Part shown: positions 27,130 to 37,989 of the stretch, in pieces
How the letters are laid out: every line of letters begins with the position of its first letter
Numbering within the stretch: the stretch's first letter is position 1
DNA from: a virus
Taxonomy: Duplodnaviria; Caudoviricetes
Reading direction: 5' to 3' (one strand)
Virus record (IMG/VR): IMGVR_UViG_2711768098_000003
Coordinates: 20,517 to 84,516 of that record
Length of the DNA: 64,000 bases
Program-made: the position numbers and the translations under genes
Notes under the pieces: model-generated
What the model saw: only the letters and a program-made list of their open reading frames with translations
What the model was told of the DNA's origin: nothing
Databases searched by the model: none

Positions 27130-27909
27130 TCACGGTTTGACCTCGCGTGCGGGTTCCTGCGCAGCCGAATCGTCCCACACCGCACGCGCCTCCACATCGA
27201 ACACGTTCGGGGCGTGTACAGCCAACTGTGCACCGATCTCACGTGCCAATCGCTGGATTTCGGCGTCTGCGGCGGGATTGTCGCGTTTCACCAGGAATTC
27301 GATCCACGCCCGATAGTTGCCGGTCACGACCAGTCGGGTTTCAGTCGAGTTCGGCAACGAGTGGCGTGCGGCCTCGCGGATCTGTTTCTTGCTCAGACCT
27401 TTCGATTCGAGTCGCGCCACATCTTCGTCGTAGGCGGAGACGGCGAGGATGAAGTCGCATGCGGCGGCGCTGGTGAGGTCTGCATCGCCTTCGAATGCGG
27501 GCGGCATGACCATCTTCGCGGTCGCCGAGTCCACGTACCGCTGCGAGAGCTGCGAGAAACTGAAGTGCCTGTGCCGCACCAGCTCGTGCGTGAGTGAACG
27601 CGAGACACCGGCCAGGTAGAACGACACCGATGCATGCTCGAGCACTGACCCGTGTCTTTGGCGCAAGATGTTGAGGAGATAGTCGGCGTTCGTGGCGGTC
27701 TTCGCGTTCGGGCGGTCAAACGACCAGTAGCACAGCCTGCCCCCGAATTCTGCCAACGCTTGCCCATCGAACCGCAGATCATGCTCATCAAGGTTCGCAT
27801 CATCCGGCTCGAACAATGGGCGGCGAGCGCCATCCTCCCCCGCGGCCGATGGCGGTGTGAACACTGTGTGCCCAATCAACTGCACATCCAACATCGCAAC
27901 CCGACTCAT
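27130..27909 (-). CDS. thyX: Flavin-dependent thymidylate synthase
   Basis: GRLCYWS, HGSVLEH, THELVRHRHFSFSQLSQRY and TGNYRAW motifs. Confidence 0.95.
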   Translation of the reverse strand: MSRVAMLDVQLIGHTVFTPPSAAGEDGARRPLFEPDDANLDEHDLRFDGQALAEFGGRLCYWSFDRPNAKTATNADYLLNILRQRHGSVLEHASVSFYLAGVSRSLTHELVRHRHFSFSQLSQRYVDSATAKMVMPPAFEGDADLTSAAACDFILAVSAYDEDVARLESKGLSKKQIREAARHSLPNSTETRLVVTGNYRAWIEFLVKRDNPAADAEIQRLAREIGAQLAVHAPNVFDVEARAVWDDSAAQEPAREVKP

Positions 27910-28304
27910 ACCGAACCGCCTTCCGTAACACCCTGCCAAACACCAAGACTGCTGCCATTCACACGCCGAGACCCCACCTTCACAATCCGACCCAAACGAT
28001 TCGCAGCCGCAACAATGCTCTGCGCCGACTTGTTGTCGTCACCGAATGGAAGTGCATCCGCAGTGAACGGCACACCCGATGCGATCAGGCGGTCCAGGAC
28101 TGCATGCTGATGCCGTGCGGTGGGTGTGCGAGTGTCGAGTTCAATGTTGGCGCGACGCAAACGCAGCGTGAACGCTTCCCAAGTCGTGCCGAGACGTTCA
28201 GCGATCTCATGGTTGGCGAGGCCGTAGGAACGGAGGTGCTGGTATTCGATGATTTGCGCATCAAGTTCATCAGTCAGGACGCGTGGCCGTTCAATGGTGG
28301 TCAT
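27906..28304 (-). CDS. HTH-containing hypothetical protein
   Basis: YGLANHEIAERLGTT; ATGA-coupled. Confidence 0.55.
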   Translation of the reverse strand: MTTIERPRVLTDELDAQIIEYQHLRSYGLANHEIAERLGTTWEAFTLRLRRANIELDTRTPTARHQHAVLDRLIASGVPFTADALPFGDDNKSAQSIVAAANRLGRIVKVGSRRVNGSSLGVWQGVTEGGSV

Positions 28305-28822
28305 GCCGCATCGACCTTCCAACCGGCTTCGGTGAGTGCACCGACAACATCCGGCCCCTGCCAGCCGGCAGGCTTGAGGACCTTCGACTTGAACGGTTCC
28401 CCATGCCACTGCGTCGGACCGTGTTTGCCGTTGACTTTGTCGTCGTTGGCGCGCGTCACCTCGGCTTGCGTGAGGCGTGCGCCTTTGATGCCGGCGGTTT
28501 CGAGGGTGCCGCCGTGGGAGACGACGATGATGTCGTTGTAGGCGTCGGTGACGTCGGGGACGTCGAAGATGTTGGTGTCGATGAAGCCTTGGATGCGGTC
28601 CTCGAGAAGTTCACGCGGGGTGTCTTGCACGGCGAGGGTGGCGTCGACGATACCGGAGAAGCCGATGCCTTTGGCGAGTTCGTCGACTTCTTCTAGCAGC
28701 ATGGCGAGGCGGTTGGCGACGGTTTTGGCGGGTGGGATGCCGGGGGTGTCGGGGATAGGTTGTGCTGCAGCAGTCATGAATCGGGCTGTGCCGTCGAGAA
28801 GATTCGGGATCTGGACAGTCAT
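28301..28822 (-). CDS. MazG-like nucleotide pyrophosphohydrolase
   Basis: LLEEVDEL, DAYNDII, EVTRAN..K and KVLKPAGWQGPD motifs. Confidence 0.8.
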   Translation of the reverse strand: MTVQIPNLLDGTARFMTAAAQPIPDTPGIPPAKTVANRLAMLLEEVDELAKGIGFSGIVDATLAVQDTPRELLEDRIQGFIDTNIFDVPDVTDAYNDIIVVSHGGTLETAGIKGARLTQAEVTRANDDKVNGKHGPTQWHGEPFKSKVLKPAGWQGPDVVGALTEAGWKVDAA

Positions 28823-29880
28823 TGGAAACCTCTATTGGTCACATACTCGGCGAGAGTGAGATATTGGGTGGAGATCTCGTCGGACTGGTTGCCGACGTGA
28901 CCTTCGGACGGTGTGACTACGTGGAATAGTTCGTTCGCGACTTGCAGGTAAAGCCTGTCGTTCTCGGCTTTTATGTGCCTGTCGATCCCGGTTTCAGCGT
29001 CCGACCATTTCGAACCGAAATATTCTTGGCCGCAGTTGCACTGGGCTTGATGGTCGGTGTTTCCGCCGCGATAGGTGCGTTTGATGAACCGTCTACCGTG
29101 CGGGGTCATGTGGGATCCTGTTCGCTGGGTAGCGGATTTGTGGTGATGAGTTCGATGATGCGTTCGCCGATGTCCTGCACGCCGGCGTCGTAGCCGCTGT
29201 CTGCGAGGTAATGGGCGTACTGTCCGACGCGGTCGATGGCGTCGTGGAGGCGGACACGTTCCATGCCGAGGGTCGTGTTCTTCGCTTCCAGTTCGCGGAT
29301 GCGGGCAGCCATGGCGGGAATGTCTTCGCGGGCATGAGCGATCAGCTCGGCGTCATAGGATGCACTGTTCGTGGACACCATGTCGATGAAGTTCAGGGCA
29401 GATCCTGATGCTTCTCCTGGCGCTGCGACGTTGTATACGTAGCCGTATTGGGTCTCGCGGCGAATGGTTTCCCAATGTCCTGGGGTGGCTGCGTTGGCGC
29501 GGGCTTCGATGGCATCCAAGTCGAGATCGATCACGCTGCGACCTCCTCGATGTCATCCATGTCGGCTTCCCAGGTTCCCACTGGCATATACCTGTTGTCG
29601 CCGTCTATGAGGAAGAGCGGACCCTTGGCTTCTGCTAGATCGGCCGCGTGGTCCAGGTCGTCCGCTTCTACATCCACGGACGTGGTCACCGTGGCTTGAA
29701 TGAAAACTCGGTACCGGGTCATGCGGCGAGGGTTTCCGTGCGGGCAATCTCGGCCTCAGCGGCAGCGGCATCCAAGGCGCGCTGCATCCGTGCAGCCACA
29801 GCCTGCAACTGCTGATGCGGCGACGGCACCAAACTACGATCCAAATAATCAGGTCGATCCAACATGGCGGGTTCCTTTGA

Positions 29881-29938
29881 CGTTTGGCAGAACGCTTCGT
29901 ACCCGCGTAACTGTATGCGCAACCGGCGCGTAACTCAA
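29881..29938 (-). promoter_or_regulatory. SigA-type promoter with GCG(C/T)AAC boxes, followed by a CTGCCA-loop hairpin
   Basis: Minus strand TTGAGT-N17-TACAGT (29938-29910); hairpin CGTT-CTGCCA-AACG (29894-29881); AAAGGA RBS. Confidence 0.7.
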
Positions 29939-30655
29939 CTCTGGGGTGTCAAAGGTTGCGCGGATGGTTCATTCGTTGCACGTATTGCAGCCAGTCTTCG
30001 CCGGGCCAGGGTCCATGCTGGGTATGGAGGTCGCGTTGCAATTGAGTGTTGCGGCGTTGGGTGTGGATGTTGTAGCGGCGGGTGCGGTGTCGCCATTGCC
30101 AGTGCCGCCACAGTGTGCGCAACCAAGTCACAGGCTGCGCTTCCGGTACGTGTTGGAGTCGCCCCAAACGAACAATGCGATGAGCGCACTGTTAATGGTG
30201 AAGCCGAGTAGTCCGAGGTTGATCGATCCGTTGCCGATGCGCCATAACGCTAGGGCGGCGAAGATGAGAGGTACCGCGTAGAACGTGGCGACCATGAACC
30301 GTTCGAACTTCCAGTCGAGGTGGCGGTTGTGCAGCCAGGCTTCGATGATGCGCTGTTGGATGCGGGTTTCAATCCGCTGCGGCGCCGTCACGGCAGCTCC
30401 GTCACTGGGCCGAGCATCGTCAACGGCCATATCCGAGATCCCAATCTTTGTGAGTGAGCAGTTCGTGTACGCGGGCAGCGCCGGCGTCGTCACGGACTGT
30501 CAGGTTCACTTCCTTGGCGACGTTGACGTTCGATGTCAGTGCATCGGCGATGCGTTTCACCTGATCGCCCAGATAGATGAGCGCGTGAATGTTGGCGCTG
30601 AGCGGATTGGTTTCCGCGTTACGGAGCGCGGTCGCGCGATGGTCGACGTTGCTCA

Positions 30656-30997
30656 TCACGGGCCTTCAATCGGGCCGTCAACACCGATGATGTTCGGGAA
30701 CATCGACAGAAACCCCACCCGGAAATCGCCAGTCCGCAGGTTGTAGACCTTGCCCTCCTCCAGCCTGTTGAAGGTGTCCTGCGAGCCGAAACCGCCTGCA
30801 ATGGAATCGTTCGCAACGAAGGATCCGCATGACGTGTAGACGCGCTTCTCGCCAGATGAGCCGTCACGGATGAGGCGTTCTTTCGACTGGATGGTGCAGT
30901 TACTGTGGTCCTGCTGGTTCATGCTGGAGCAGCCGGCGAGGCCGATCGTTGCGACAGCGATTGCGGTAGCGGCGACGGTCTTCTTGAAACGGTTCAC
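30656..30997 (-). CDS. Lipoprotein
   Basis: VNRFKK signal peptide with lipobox LAGC; GAAGGA RBS. Confidence 0.75.
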   Translation of the reverse strand: MNRFKKTVAATAIAVATIGLAGCSSMNQQDHSNCTIQSKERLIRDGSSGEKRVYTSCGSFVANDSIAGGFGSQDTFNRLEEGKVYNLRTGDFRVGFLSMFPNIIGVDGPIEGP

Positions 30998-31759
30998 AGG
31001 GTGTTTCCTTCGGGTTCGTGTTTCGCGGGTGTCGTGTACGCGGCCAACGCCATAGCGGGCACAGAGCAGGGGTCGATGCCGAGTTTGTGGACGTTGGTTT
31101 CGCCTGCGAGTGCGGCGATGACATTGTTGAGTGCTGCGATGGCGAGGTCGGCGCGGATGTGTACGGGTCGGCCGGGGTAGGCGGTGTGGATGTCGCGGGT
31201 GGTGCGTGCGATTTCTTCGCGGTAGTGGCTTGCGGTGATGCCTGCTATGCGGTTTCGTCGCAGCGCGTTGTCGACGGTCATGCCCGTTAGTGTGCGGGCT
31301 ATCCTGTGTTGGTTGGATATTCAGCGCACAGGCTTGGGTATGCGTGAACCCCAGGCCCCGCCTAGACGGGTAATCCTGGGGTTCACTTCCGGCCACACCT
31401 CAATGCGCCGGCAAACTAGGCGGGCCTCTCTGCGGGTCCGTCTGCGAGCGTGACGATCTGGTCGAATCGTCGGGTAATGTTGCGGCCTTGCTGGCCACGG
31501 ATGAGCAGTTCACCGCCGCCAGGAAACTCGGCACGGACAGTGGAGACGGTATGACGCACGGCGCCTCGGAACATGTCTGCTACTGCATCGACTGCACTGA
31601 ACAGTTCCCGTGATTCACGGAAGTCGTGGAGGATGAGCATGGTCTTGAACCCGAGGGCGGCGCTGACGGTTGCCCAGATCGGCCCTTGGTGGCGCGGGAG
31701 TTGGTAGCGGGGCGTGTGAGGGTGGTGGATGTCGAGGTACTGGCTAATCTCGTCGGGCG

Positions 31760-32197
31760 TCACGCTGCTACTACCTGTTCTGCAAAGATCTCCGTGTAGG
31801 TGATGTGGACGCCCGGCAACTCCCCCACTTCTGCATACCGTTTCCGCGCCCGCAGATCCGTCACCTGCGCATCATCGACGTAGAGCGCGCCCTCGAGTGC
31901 ATCCAGGACGCCGCGCGCGAGTTTGTCGGTGTCTCCGATGCGTTTCACGGCTGGCGGAGTCGGCTTGCCCTTAGGCATAGATGCCGGGCGGGGCATCACA
32001 AACATGAGGTTGAGTGCGACTGGACCGGTCATGAGCGGTTGCTTCCGGTAGTGCACGTGAGCCTCCGCTGTCACGACTGCACGCCACGGCTTTAACGCCT
32101 TCGAGGACTCCACCAGCACAGGCTTGCCCTTGCGCATCCCCTTGTAGGATTTCGATCCTTGCGGAGCTGGTCTGCCGTGGACGAAGAAGCTACTCAC
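31760..32197 (-). CDS. rusA: RusA family Holliday junction resolvase
   Basis: GRPAPQGSK, DTDKLARGVLDAL and DDAQV motifs. Confidence 0.9.
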   Translation of the reverse strand: MSSFFVHGRPAPQGSKSYKGMRKGKPVLVESSKALKPWRAVVTAEAHVHYRKQPLMTGPVALNLMFVMPRPASMPKGKPTPPAVKRIGDTDKLARGVLDALEGALYVDDAQVTDLRARKRYAEVGELPGVHITYTEIFAEQVVAA

Positions 32198-33063
32198 TGG
32201 GGCATTCCTGATGTCGGTAGAGGGTGTGTTCGATGGGCATGGTGCGGCCGCCGACAACGGTGGTTTGGGTGATGATGACGGGGCTGCGGCGTTCCGTTTT
32301 CAGGATGAGTTGGCGGCAGTCGATGCATGTGGACGCCATCAGCATTCCTCCCTCGCGGGCAGCCAAGACTTCTGCGTCCGCACCACCGTGCCGCCGCCGA
32401 AACCTGCGGGTTGATCCCACTCGGTGACGTTGACTTCCATGATGATCCAGCACTGTTGGCAATCGTCACAACTCCAGATGCTGCCGATTGCTGCATCGTT
32501 CAGATCTGGTGTCGGGCAGACGTGACCGCGGAGGTCGAAGTTGTGTTTGATCCAGCCCATCAGGATGCGTGCCGGTAGCCGTGGATCACGAACGGGTAGA
32601 CGGGCGTGAACACCCACACCTGGGACGCCGCCCACAGCGCCTCATCCTCAACCCATTCCGGGTCGAAACCGTGCTGCCAGCCGTTCGCGGCGCATTCATC
32701 ACCGGTGTGCCCGGCGAGATCCTTCTGCACCGCGAATCCGAAGTAACGGCCGTCTTCCCGCCTGCGGATGACTCGCATCGTCTCGAGCCATTCATCATAC
32801 GATTCGGAGGCGAGGTTGATGCCGACGTCGTTGATGATCTCATAGTCGACGAGGAATGCGTCTAGGTCGGCGCGCGCTTGTTCCGCGTTGGCGATCCATT
32901 GGAGTGCGTCTGTGGTGGTGCCGTGTTTGCCTGCGATGATTTCGCCGAGGGTGCCGCGGAGGATGACGCGGTTGGTTTCGGCGACGTAGGGCGCGGGGGT
33001 GAGGGTGGCGGTCATGGCTGTGACGGTACGACTTTCACCGTGTTGGCCGTATTTGCAAACCCC

Positions 33064-33963
33064 CTAGAACGCCCCCGGTGCAACCTGGAAACACGGCAAC
33101 CCCATCGAACGCCACATCTCCACCACCTGATCCCGGTCATCCCACACCGCACGCACGTTGTACTGCCGCCGCACAAACCGATCAAACAATTCCGCTTTCA
33201 CCACCGAATCCTTACGGATATCCCCCGTCGCACGCATCAACAATCGTTCCGGGTGGATACCGTTAGCGGTCAACCACTTCGCAGTCTCCTGCGCGCACGA
33301 GGCCTCCCGCCCCGACATCACAATCAGCGCGCCGGGTAGCAGGTCGATGACCTCGGCGACATGCTCCACCAGCTCGTCTTCACCGACACGGCGGTAGTCG
33401 TAGGGGCTGCGGTCCCCCATCTTCGCGAGAGTGCCATCGATGTCGACGATGTAGGCGAGCGGCTTCGACTCATCCGGGACGTACACATCCGGTTTGACAG
33501 TCACGTCGGGACGCACTTCGATCGGCTTCCACGAACGGATCGGGAACCGTGCAGCCATGTCACGGATCACCGTCTCGCCCACGACACGGCCGCCAGCATC
33601 CCCGCGAGCCTTGTCACGCCGCAAACACTCTTCCAACGGTGTCGGCACATCCTGGGTGACGAATTCGGCGCCCACCTGCTTCGCCAACGATGCAACCTCG
33701 CGGGCATACTTCATCCGCAGGTTCGTGTCATCGAAGATGACGGATACACCGTTGCCGAGGAGGTGTTTCGCGGCAGTGTGTTGGGCGATCGTGACGGCCC
33801 GTTCCTGCTCGTATGTGCCGACGCCTTCGATGTTGAACATGCCGGCGCGGAGGTCGTCACGGTTGATGCGTGCACGATGGTTGGGGTCTTCGGCGACCCA
33901 TTGGCGTGCCCAGGTCGTTTTCCCTGACGCCGGGTATCCGCGTGTGGCTACAACAGTCGTCAT
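33064..33963 (-). CDS. T4 PseT-like polynucleotide 5'-kinase/3'-phosphatase
   Basis: P-loop GYPASGKTT, RDDLR, DDTNL; HAD DIDGT, SGR, DDRDQVV and QVAPGAF. Confidence 0.93.
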   Translation of the reverse strand: MTTVVATRGYPASGKTTWARQWVAEDPNHRARINRDDLRAGMFNIEGVGTYEQERAVTIAQHTAAKHLLGNGVSVIFDDTNLRMKYAREVASLAKQVGAEFVTQDVPTPLEECLRRDKARGDAGGRVVGETVIRDMAARFPIRSWKPIEVRPDVTVKPDVYVPDESKPLAYIVDIDGTLAKMGDRSPYDYRRVGEDELVEHVAEVIDLLPGALIVMSGREASCAQETAKWLTANGIHPERLLMRATGDIRKDSVVKAELFDRFVRRQYNVRAVWDDRDQVVEMWRSMGLPCFQVAPGAF

Positions 33964-35048
33964 GCGACAGCCTCCGAATGGTCGAGCATGAACGAATCGC
34001 CGCGCGGTTTCAACTGCTTCCAGATGGCATCGTTCATGCGGTCGTGTTGCCCGTCTGCGAGGCAGAACAGCAGGGACCGGTTGTCGTGTTTGACGGCGTG
34101 TGCCGCGAACCCTTTCCTGTCGCCGCTTGTGACCATCTGGTCGAGGATTTCACCGTAGGTGGCGACTGCGCGCGCCCCGATTGTCTTCCGCTTCTGCTGT
34201 AGCGCATTCCATGTTGTGGTCAGCCAGTCGTGGAATTCGTCGGGCAGGTCGGCGATGAGGTCTTCGAACGGCTGCCCGGATGCGGCATGTTCCCACACTG
34301 TTTTCTCGGACATGCCGGTGACGATTTTGTGGAGCTGCACGTATCGTTCCAGTTTCAGTTTCACCATTGTGCCGTCGCGGTATTGGACGACGAATCCTTC
34401 GGCGTTGTCACGTACGGGCGCGCGGAGGGCATCTGCGAGGGTGTCGTATGGGAACGTTCGAGACTTGCGGCCCGGCCAACCCCATCCGAAGGGTGCCAAC
34501 ACTTCACCGCTCGTGTTGTCCACGACGCCGAGGAGCACTAGGTCTTCGAAGTCGTAGTCGACGACGATGCGGTTTGCTTTGTAGATGATCTCGACTAGGT
34601 ATGTGAACCCTGGCGCGGGCGTGTAGTCGTCGGCGTAGTTTGCCTGCCAGTAGTCGGTTGCCCAGCGTGCTTGTTCGGACTCGAATGATCCGCGTGTCGC
34701 GATCTCGTAGAGTCCGTCCCTTGTCGGGTAGAGGATGCCTAGTGAGCCGTCGAGTTTGTCGGACACTCTGACGGGGGCGTCGAGGTCCAACTGCGGGTGG
34801 CGCTCTCCATCGTGTTCAGCGTCGTTGAAGAATTTGGGGAACGGTCGGGCTATCACTTCACCGGAGTCGTCGACGATGAGGCCGCGGCATTGCAAGGTCA
34901 CTTCATCCCATGCCTGCGAGTATGCGGTGAGCTCGGAGTAGTTGTAGATCCGGTATGGCAGGCGCGGGTGGGATCGTACTTTGACGAGGCCGGCGTCGAT
35001 GCGATCCTGCAGGACGGTTGGGTTCATCAGGTCGTCGATGTTCACCAT
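33960..35048 (-). CDS. T4 Rnl1-family RNA ligase
   Basis: CRGLI, ARPFPKFFN, motif I KLDGSLG, ATRGSF, EGFVV and VKLK. Confidence 0.92.
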   Translation of the reverse strand: MVNIDDLMNPTVLQDRIDAGLVKVRSHPRLPYRIYNYSELTAYSQAWDEVTLQCRGLIVDDSGEVIARPFPKFFNDAEHDGERHPQLDLDAPVRVSDKLDGSLGILYPTRDGLYEIATRGSFESEQARWATDYWQANYADDYTPAPGFTYLVEIIYKANRIVVDYDFEDLVLLGVVDNTSGEVLAPFGWGWPGRKSRTFPYDTLADALRAPVRDNAEGFVVQYRDGTMVKLKLERYVQLHKIVTGMSEKTVWEHAASGQPFEDLIADLPDEFHDWLTTTWNALQQKRKTIGARAVATYGEILDQMVTSGDRKGFAAHAVKHDNRSLLFCLADGQHDRMNDAIWKQLKPRGDSFMLDHSEAVA

Positions 35049-35806
35049 GCGATGTCCTCGAGGTAGTGGCGGCGTACGCGTTGCATGAAGTCTTCGATGG
35101 GCGCTTCGTCGGGATGCTCAGGCAGCGGCGACACGGCGGCATCGAACTTCTGCGAGTATTCGACGATCAAACTGTTGGCGGCTTTCGCCTCCGGATCAGC
35201 CTTGATGGATGCCCCGAAGTCGAAGAACGGTTGCGGATCCGGGACGCGGATGGGTAGGTGCCCGGTGGTGTACAGCTCGTAGCCTTGCCAGAGGAGTCGC
35301 ATCGTGTGGCGGGCATGTTTTTCGCGGCGGGTTTCGAGGCTGCCGGCGAACCTGCCACGGGAGAGTAGCCGTTTGAACTGGCTGGTGGCGAAGCCGAAGT
35401 ATGCGTCGCGGACACGCTTCCGGCACAGGAATGCCGTCCGCAGCCCGATCAGTTCTTCACCGAACGCATTCTTGCGTTGATGGTGGTCGAGCCACAGTAT
35501 TTCGGATGCTGTGGGGTTGCAGGACAGCATGAGTCCCATGGCTTTGCCGACTTCATGGAAGGTGGTGTCGGGGTCGTCGCGTTTCCATGTGGCGCGTTCG
35601 CGGGCGGGCGGGTGTAGGCCGAGGAATGCACTGGTGGGTTCGGCGTAGATGCCGGTGTAGTCGATGTCACTGTCAGGTGTGTTGAGTCCGTAGGCGACTG
35701 ATCCGACGATGCCTTCCAACAGGATGTGGGTGGTGCGGGTTTCGGGGTTGAATTTGGGGTGTGGTCGGATGATGCTGCGTGGCGGGTTGCCGGTGGTTGC
35801 GCTCAT
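35042..35806 (-). CDS. Pol-beta superfamily nucleotidyltransferase (RlaP/YcgL-like, RNA repair-associated)
   Basis: VGSVAYGLNTPDSDID, NP and KHARHTMRLL motifs. Confidence 0.85.
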   Translation of the reverse strand: MSATTGNPPRSIIRPHPKFNPETRTTHILLEGIVGSVAYGLNTPDSDIDYTGIYAEPTSAFLGLHPPARERATWKRDDPDTTFHEVGKAMGLMLSCNPTASEILWLDHHQRKNAFGEELIGLRTAFLCRKRVRDAYFGFATSQFKRLLSRGRFAGSLETRREKHARHTMRLLWQGYELYTTGHLPIRVPDPQPFFDFGASIKADPEAKAANSLIVEYSQKFDAAVSPLPEHPDEAPIEDFMQRVRRHYLEDIAW

Positions 35807-36743
35807 GGTGGCCCCTATCCGCAGTCTTCGCAGCAGTAGTAGTCACTGACGGGCGCGGTTTCCCGGCCCGGCAGCTCGGTCTCGCCGGGCTTCAAAGATC
35901 GCCCCTGCTCCTGTTTCAGCGACAGGACGACCGTCTCCAACTGGGGTACACCCAGCACGGCGCGGGTGAATGCCGCGTATCGGCATCGCAGTGACGGCGC
36001 GAGGTCCATGTAGTCGTCGACGCCATCCAAGCCGGGCGCGAGTGTCTTCATGGCTTTCCATCCACGGATGGTTGCGTCGTTGAGCGGGTCGGCTTCCCAT
36101 TCGGCTAACGCTGCAGCCTGCGCGGCCTGTTTGGCCTCGTATTCGGCTTGCCGCTTCTGTTCTGCGAGGCGGCGGAATTCTTGCCGCTCAGCGATGACGC
36201 GGTCGATGCGGGCTCGCAGCATGTCGACGAGCGTGAGGTTGGCGTCGTTGGGGAACTGCTGCAGTGTCTTGATGTGTTGGTAGCAGTCGTATTCGCTGAG
36301 TTGGTCGATGTCGGTCACGGCTGTCCTGCCTTGTCGTTGTTGTGGAGGATGCGGGTTGCTTCACGCGCATAGCCTCGGGCTGTCGCATGGTCGGGGAAGC
36401 GGCGGGTGTTGTCGCCGATGGTGACGGTCCAGTCCCAGCCGGTTCCGAGGGCGAACGGTTGGCGTGCGATGTTGATCCGGTCGTCGATACCGATGTCCGG
36501 GTCAATCAAGACTTCTCCTTGGCGTTGTCGAGTTCACGTTGGCGGCGCCTGTTGTGGCGGTCGTTTGCGACACACGAGCCGTCGAAGTGTCCGCGGGCGT
36601 AGATGCGTGCGGCGAGGCGGTGCAGTTCGGCGATGCCACCTTCGTCGAGCAGTGACCTGTTGTCGTACTTGGCGGCTAATGAACGTTCGTCTTCGACGTA
36701 CGCCTCCACAAGTTGACCGACTTCGAGCGGTTCGACCGGTTGA

Positions 36744-36900
36744 TTCACTGGTCCTCCTCAGCGGCAGCAGCAGCGAGGAGGTCGCGCAGCTCGTCGACGA
36801 CATCACCGGATACGAAGTTGTCGACAATGGAGCGAAGGCTGTCCAGCAGGTCGTCACGCTCCACTGTGGGCACGATGCTGTATCCGGCGTCCGACAACCG
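36744..36900. repeat. Two blocks (32 bp and 30 bp) repeated identically at 49641-49672 and 49873-49902
   Basis: TTCACTGGTCCTCCTCAGCGGCAGCAGCAGCG and CACGATGCTGTATCCGGCGTCCGACAACCG are each present twice. Confidence 0.85.
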
Positions 36901-37001
36901 CTCCGCTAACACCTCTGCCGCATCCTCAAAGAATGCTTCCCATCCATCAGGGCGGTTTGCGATCTTGCGTAGCTCCAGCGCGAGGACTTCCATTTTTCTG
37001 C

Positions 37002-37814
37002 TCATGCTGCGATGGCCTCTCGTAAAGGTGCAGTGATGTTCGCGATAATCCGGGACCGGGCTTCAACATCCACACGCGCTTCATGCAACCTGCGTGCCGC
37101 TACCGCCAACCGGTGCGCCGTCTCATTCAAGGCGTGCCCGGAATGCCCTGGCACCCATTCGATAGTCACATCGCGGTCGCGCATCAACCGGTGAATGTCG
37201 GTGACTGTGGGCGCGGCTTTCGCGTGTCGGGTGATGGAGTTGCCGAAGCGGATTGCGGAGACGGCGGCTTTGGAGTCGGTGAGGATGTGGAGGCGTCGGT
37301 GTTTGTGTTCTGCGAGGGCGAGTCGGATACCGAGGAGTTCGCCGACGAGGATGCTGCGGATGTCGGGGTGGTATCCGCGGTGGGCTTTGCCGGTTTCGGT
37401 GACGCATGCGTATCCGACGCCGCGGCGGTGGCCTTTGGAAGCATCGGTGGCGATCGTCAACACAGGCATATTGTTGAGGCGGTTCGCTTCGACACTGGGG
37501 AGTTCGGGAGCGGGTGCCCGTTGCAGGTCGTCCAGGACGGATGCGGCGTGGTCGAGGAGGGTGAGTAACTGTCCGCGCGGTGTGGTGACGAATGTGATGT
37601 TCGGGAATGATGCGGCGACAGCAAGGATTTCGCGGCGTGTGGTGCCATCGGATACGTATACGCAGGCGGGGGCTTGTGCGAGTTGTTCGACGAGGGTGGT
37701 GAGGGCGTCGAGGGTGGCGGCGTGTGGGTGTGGGTTTTCGTGGATGGTGGTGGTGTCGTGGGTGGTGAGTGCGGCGCGGGTGTCGCGGGTGTGAATCACC
37801 GCCAACACCGTCAC
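37002..37814 (-). CDS. RNase HI-domain protein
   Basis: ATDASK, GELLGI, TDSKAA and WVPGHSGHALNETAHRLA; GTGA-coupled start at 37814. Confidence 0.85.
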   Translation of the reverse strand: MTVLAVIHTRDTRAALTTHDTTTIHENPHPHAATLDALTTLVEQLAQAPACVYVSDGTTRREILAVAASFPNITFVTTPRGQLLTLLDHAASVLDDLQRAPAPELPSVEANRLNNMPVLTIATDASKGHRRGVGYACVTETGKAHRGYHPDIRSILVGELLGIRLALAEHKHRRLHILTDSKAAVSAIRFGNSITRHAKAAPTVTDIHRLMRDRDVTIEWVPGHSGHALNETAHRLAVAARRLHEARVDVEARSRIIANITAPLREAIAA

Positions 37815-37989
37815 TCGTCGGCCCACACAATCTCGAAGAGTTTGATCTCGCCAGGCAGCCATGGACCGCGAACAACCTTCACGCTGGTGCGGCGATGCCA
37901 CAACTGGGCTACCAGGCGCGCCTGCTCCATCGCGGTCGCAAGATCGCCGTACATGCTGGTCAGCTCGAACGGGGCGAAGTGATAGTCGA

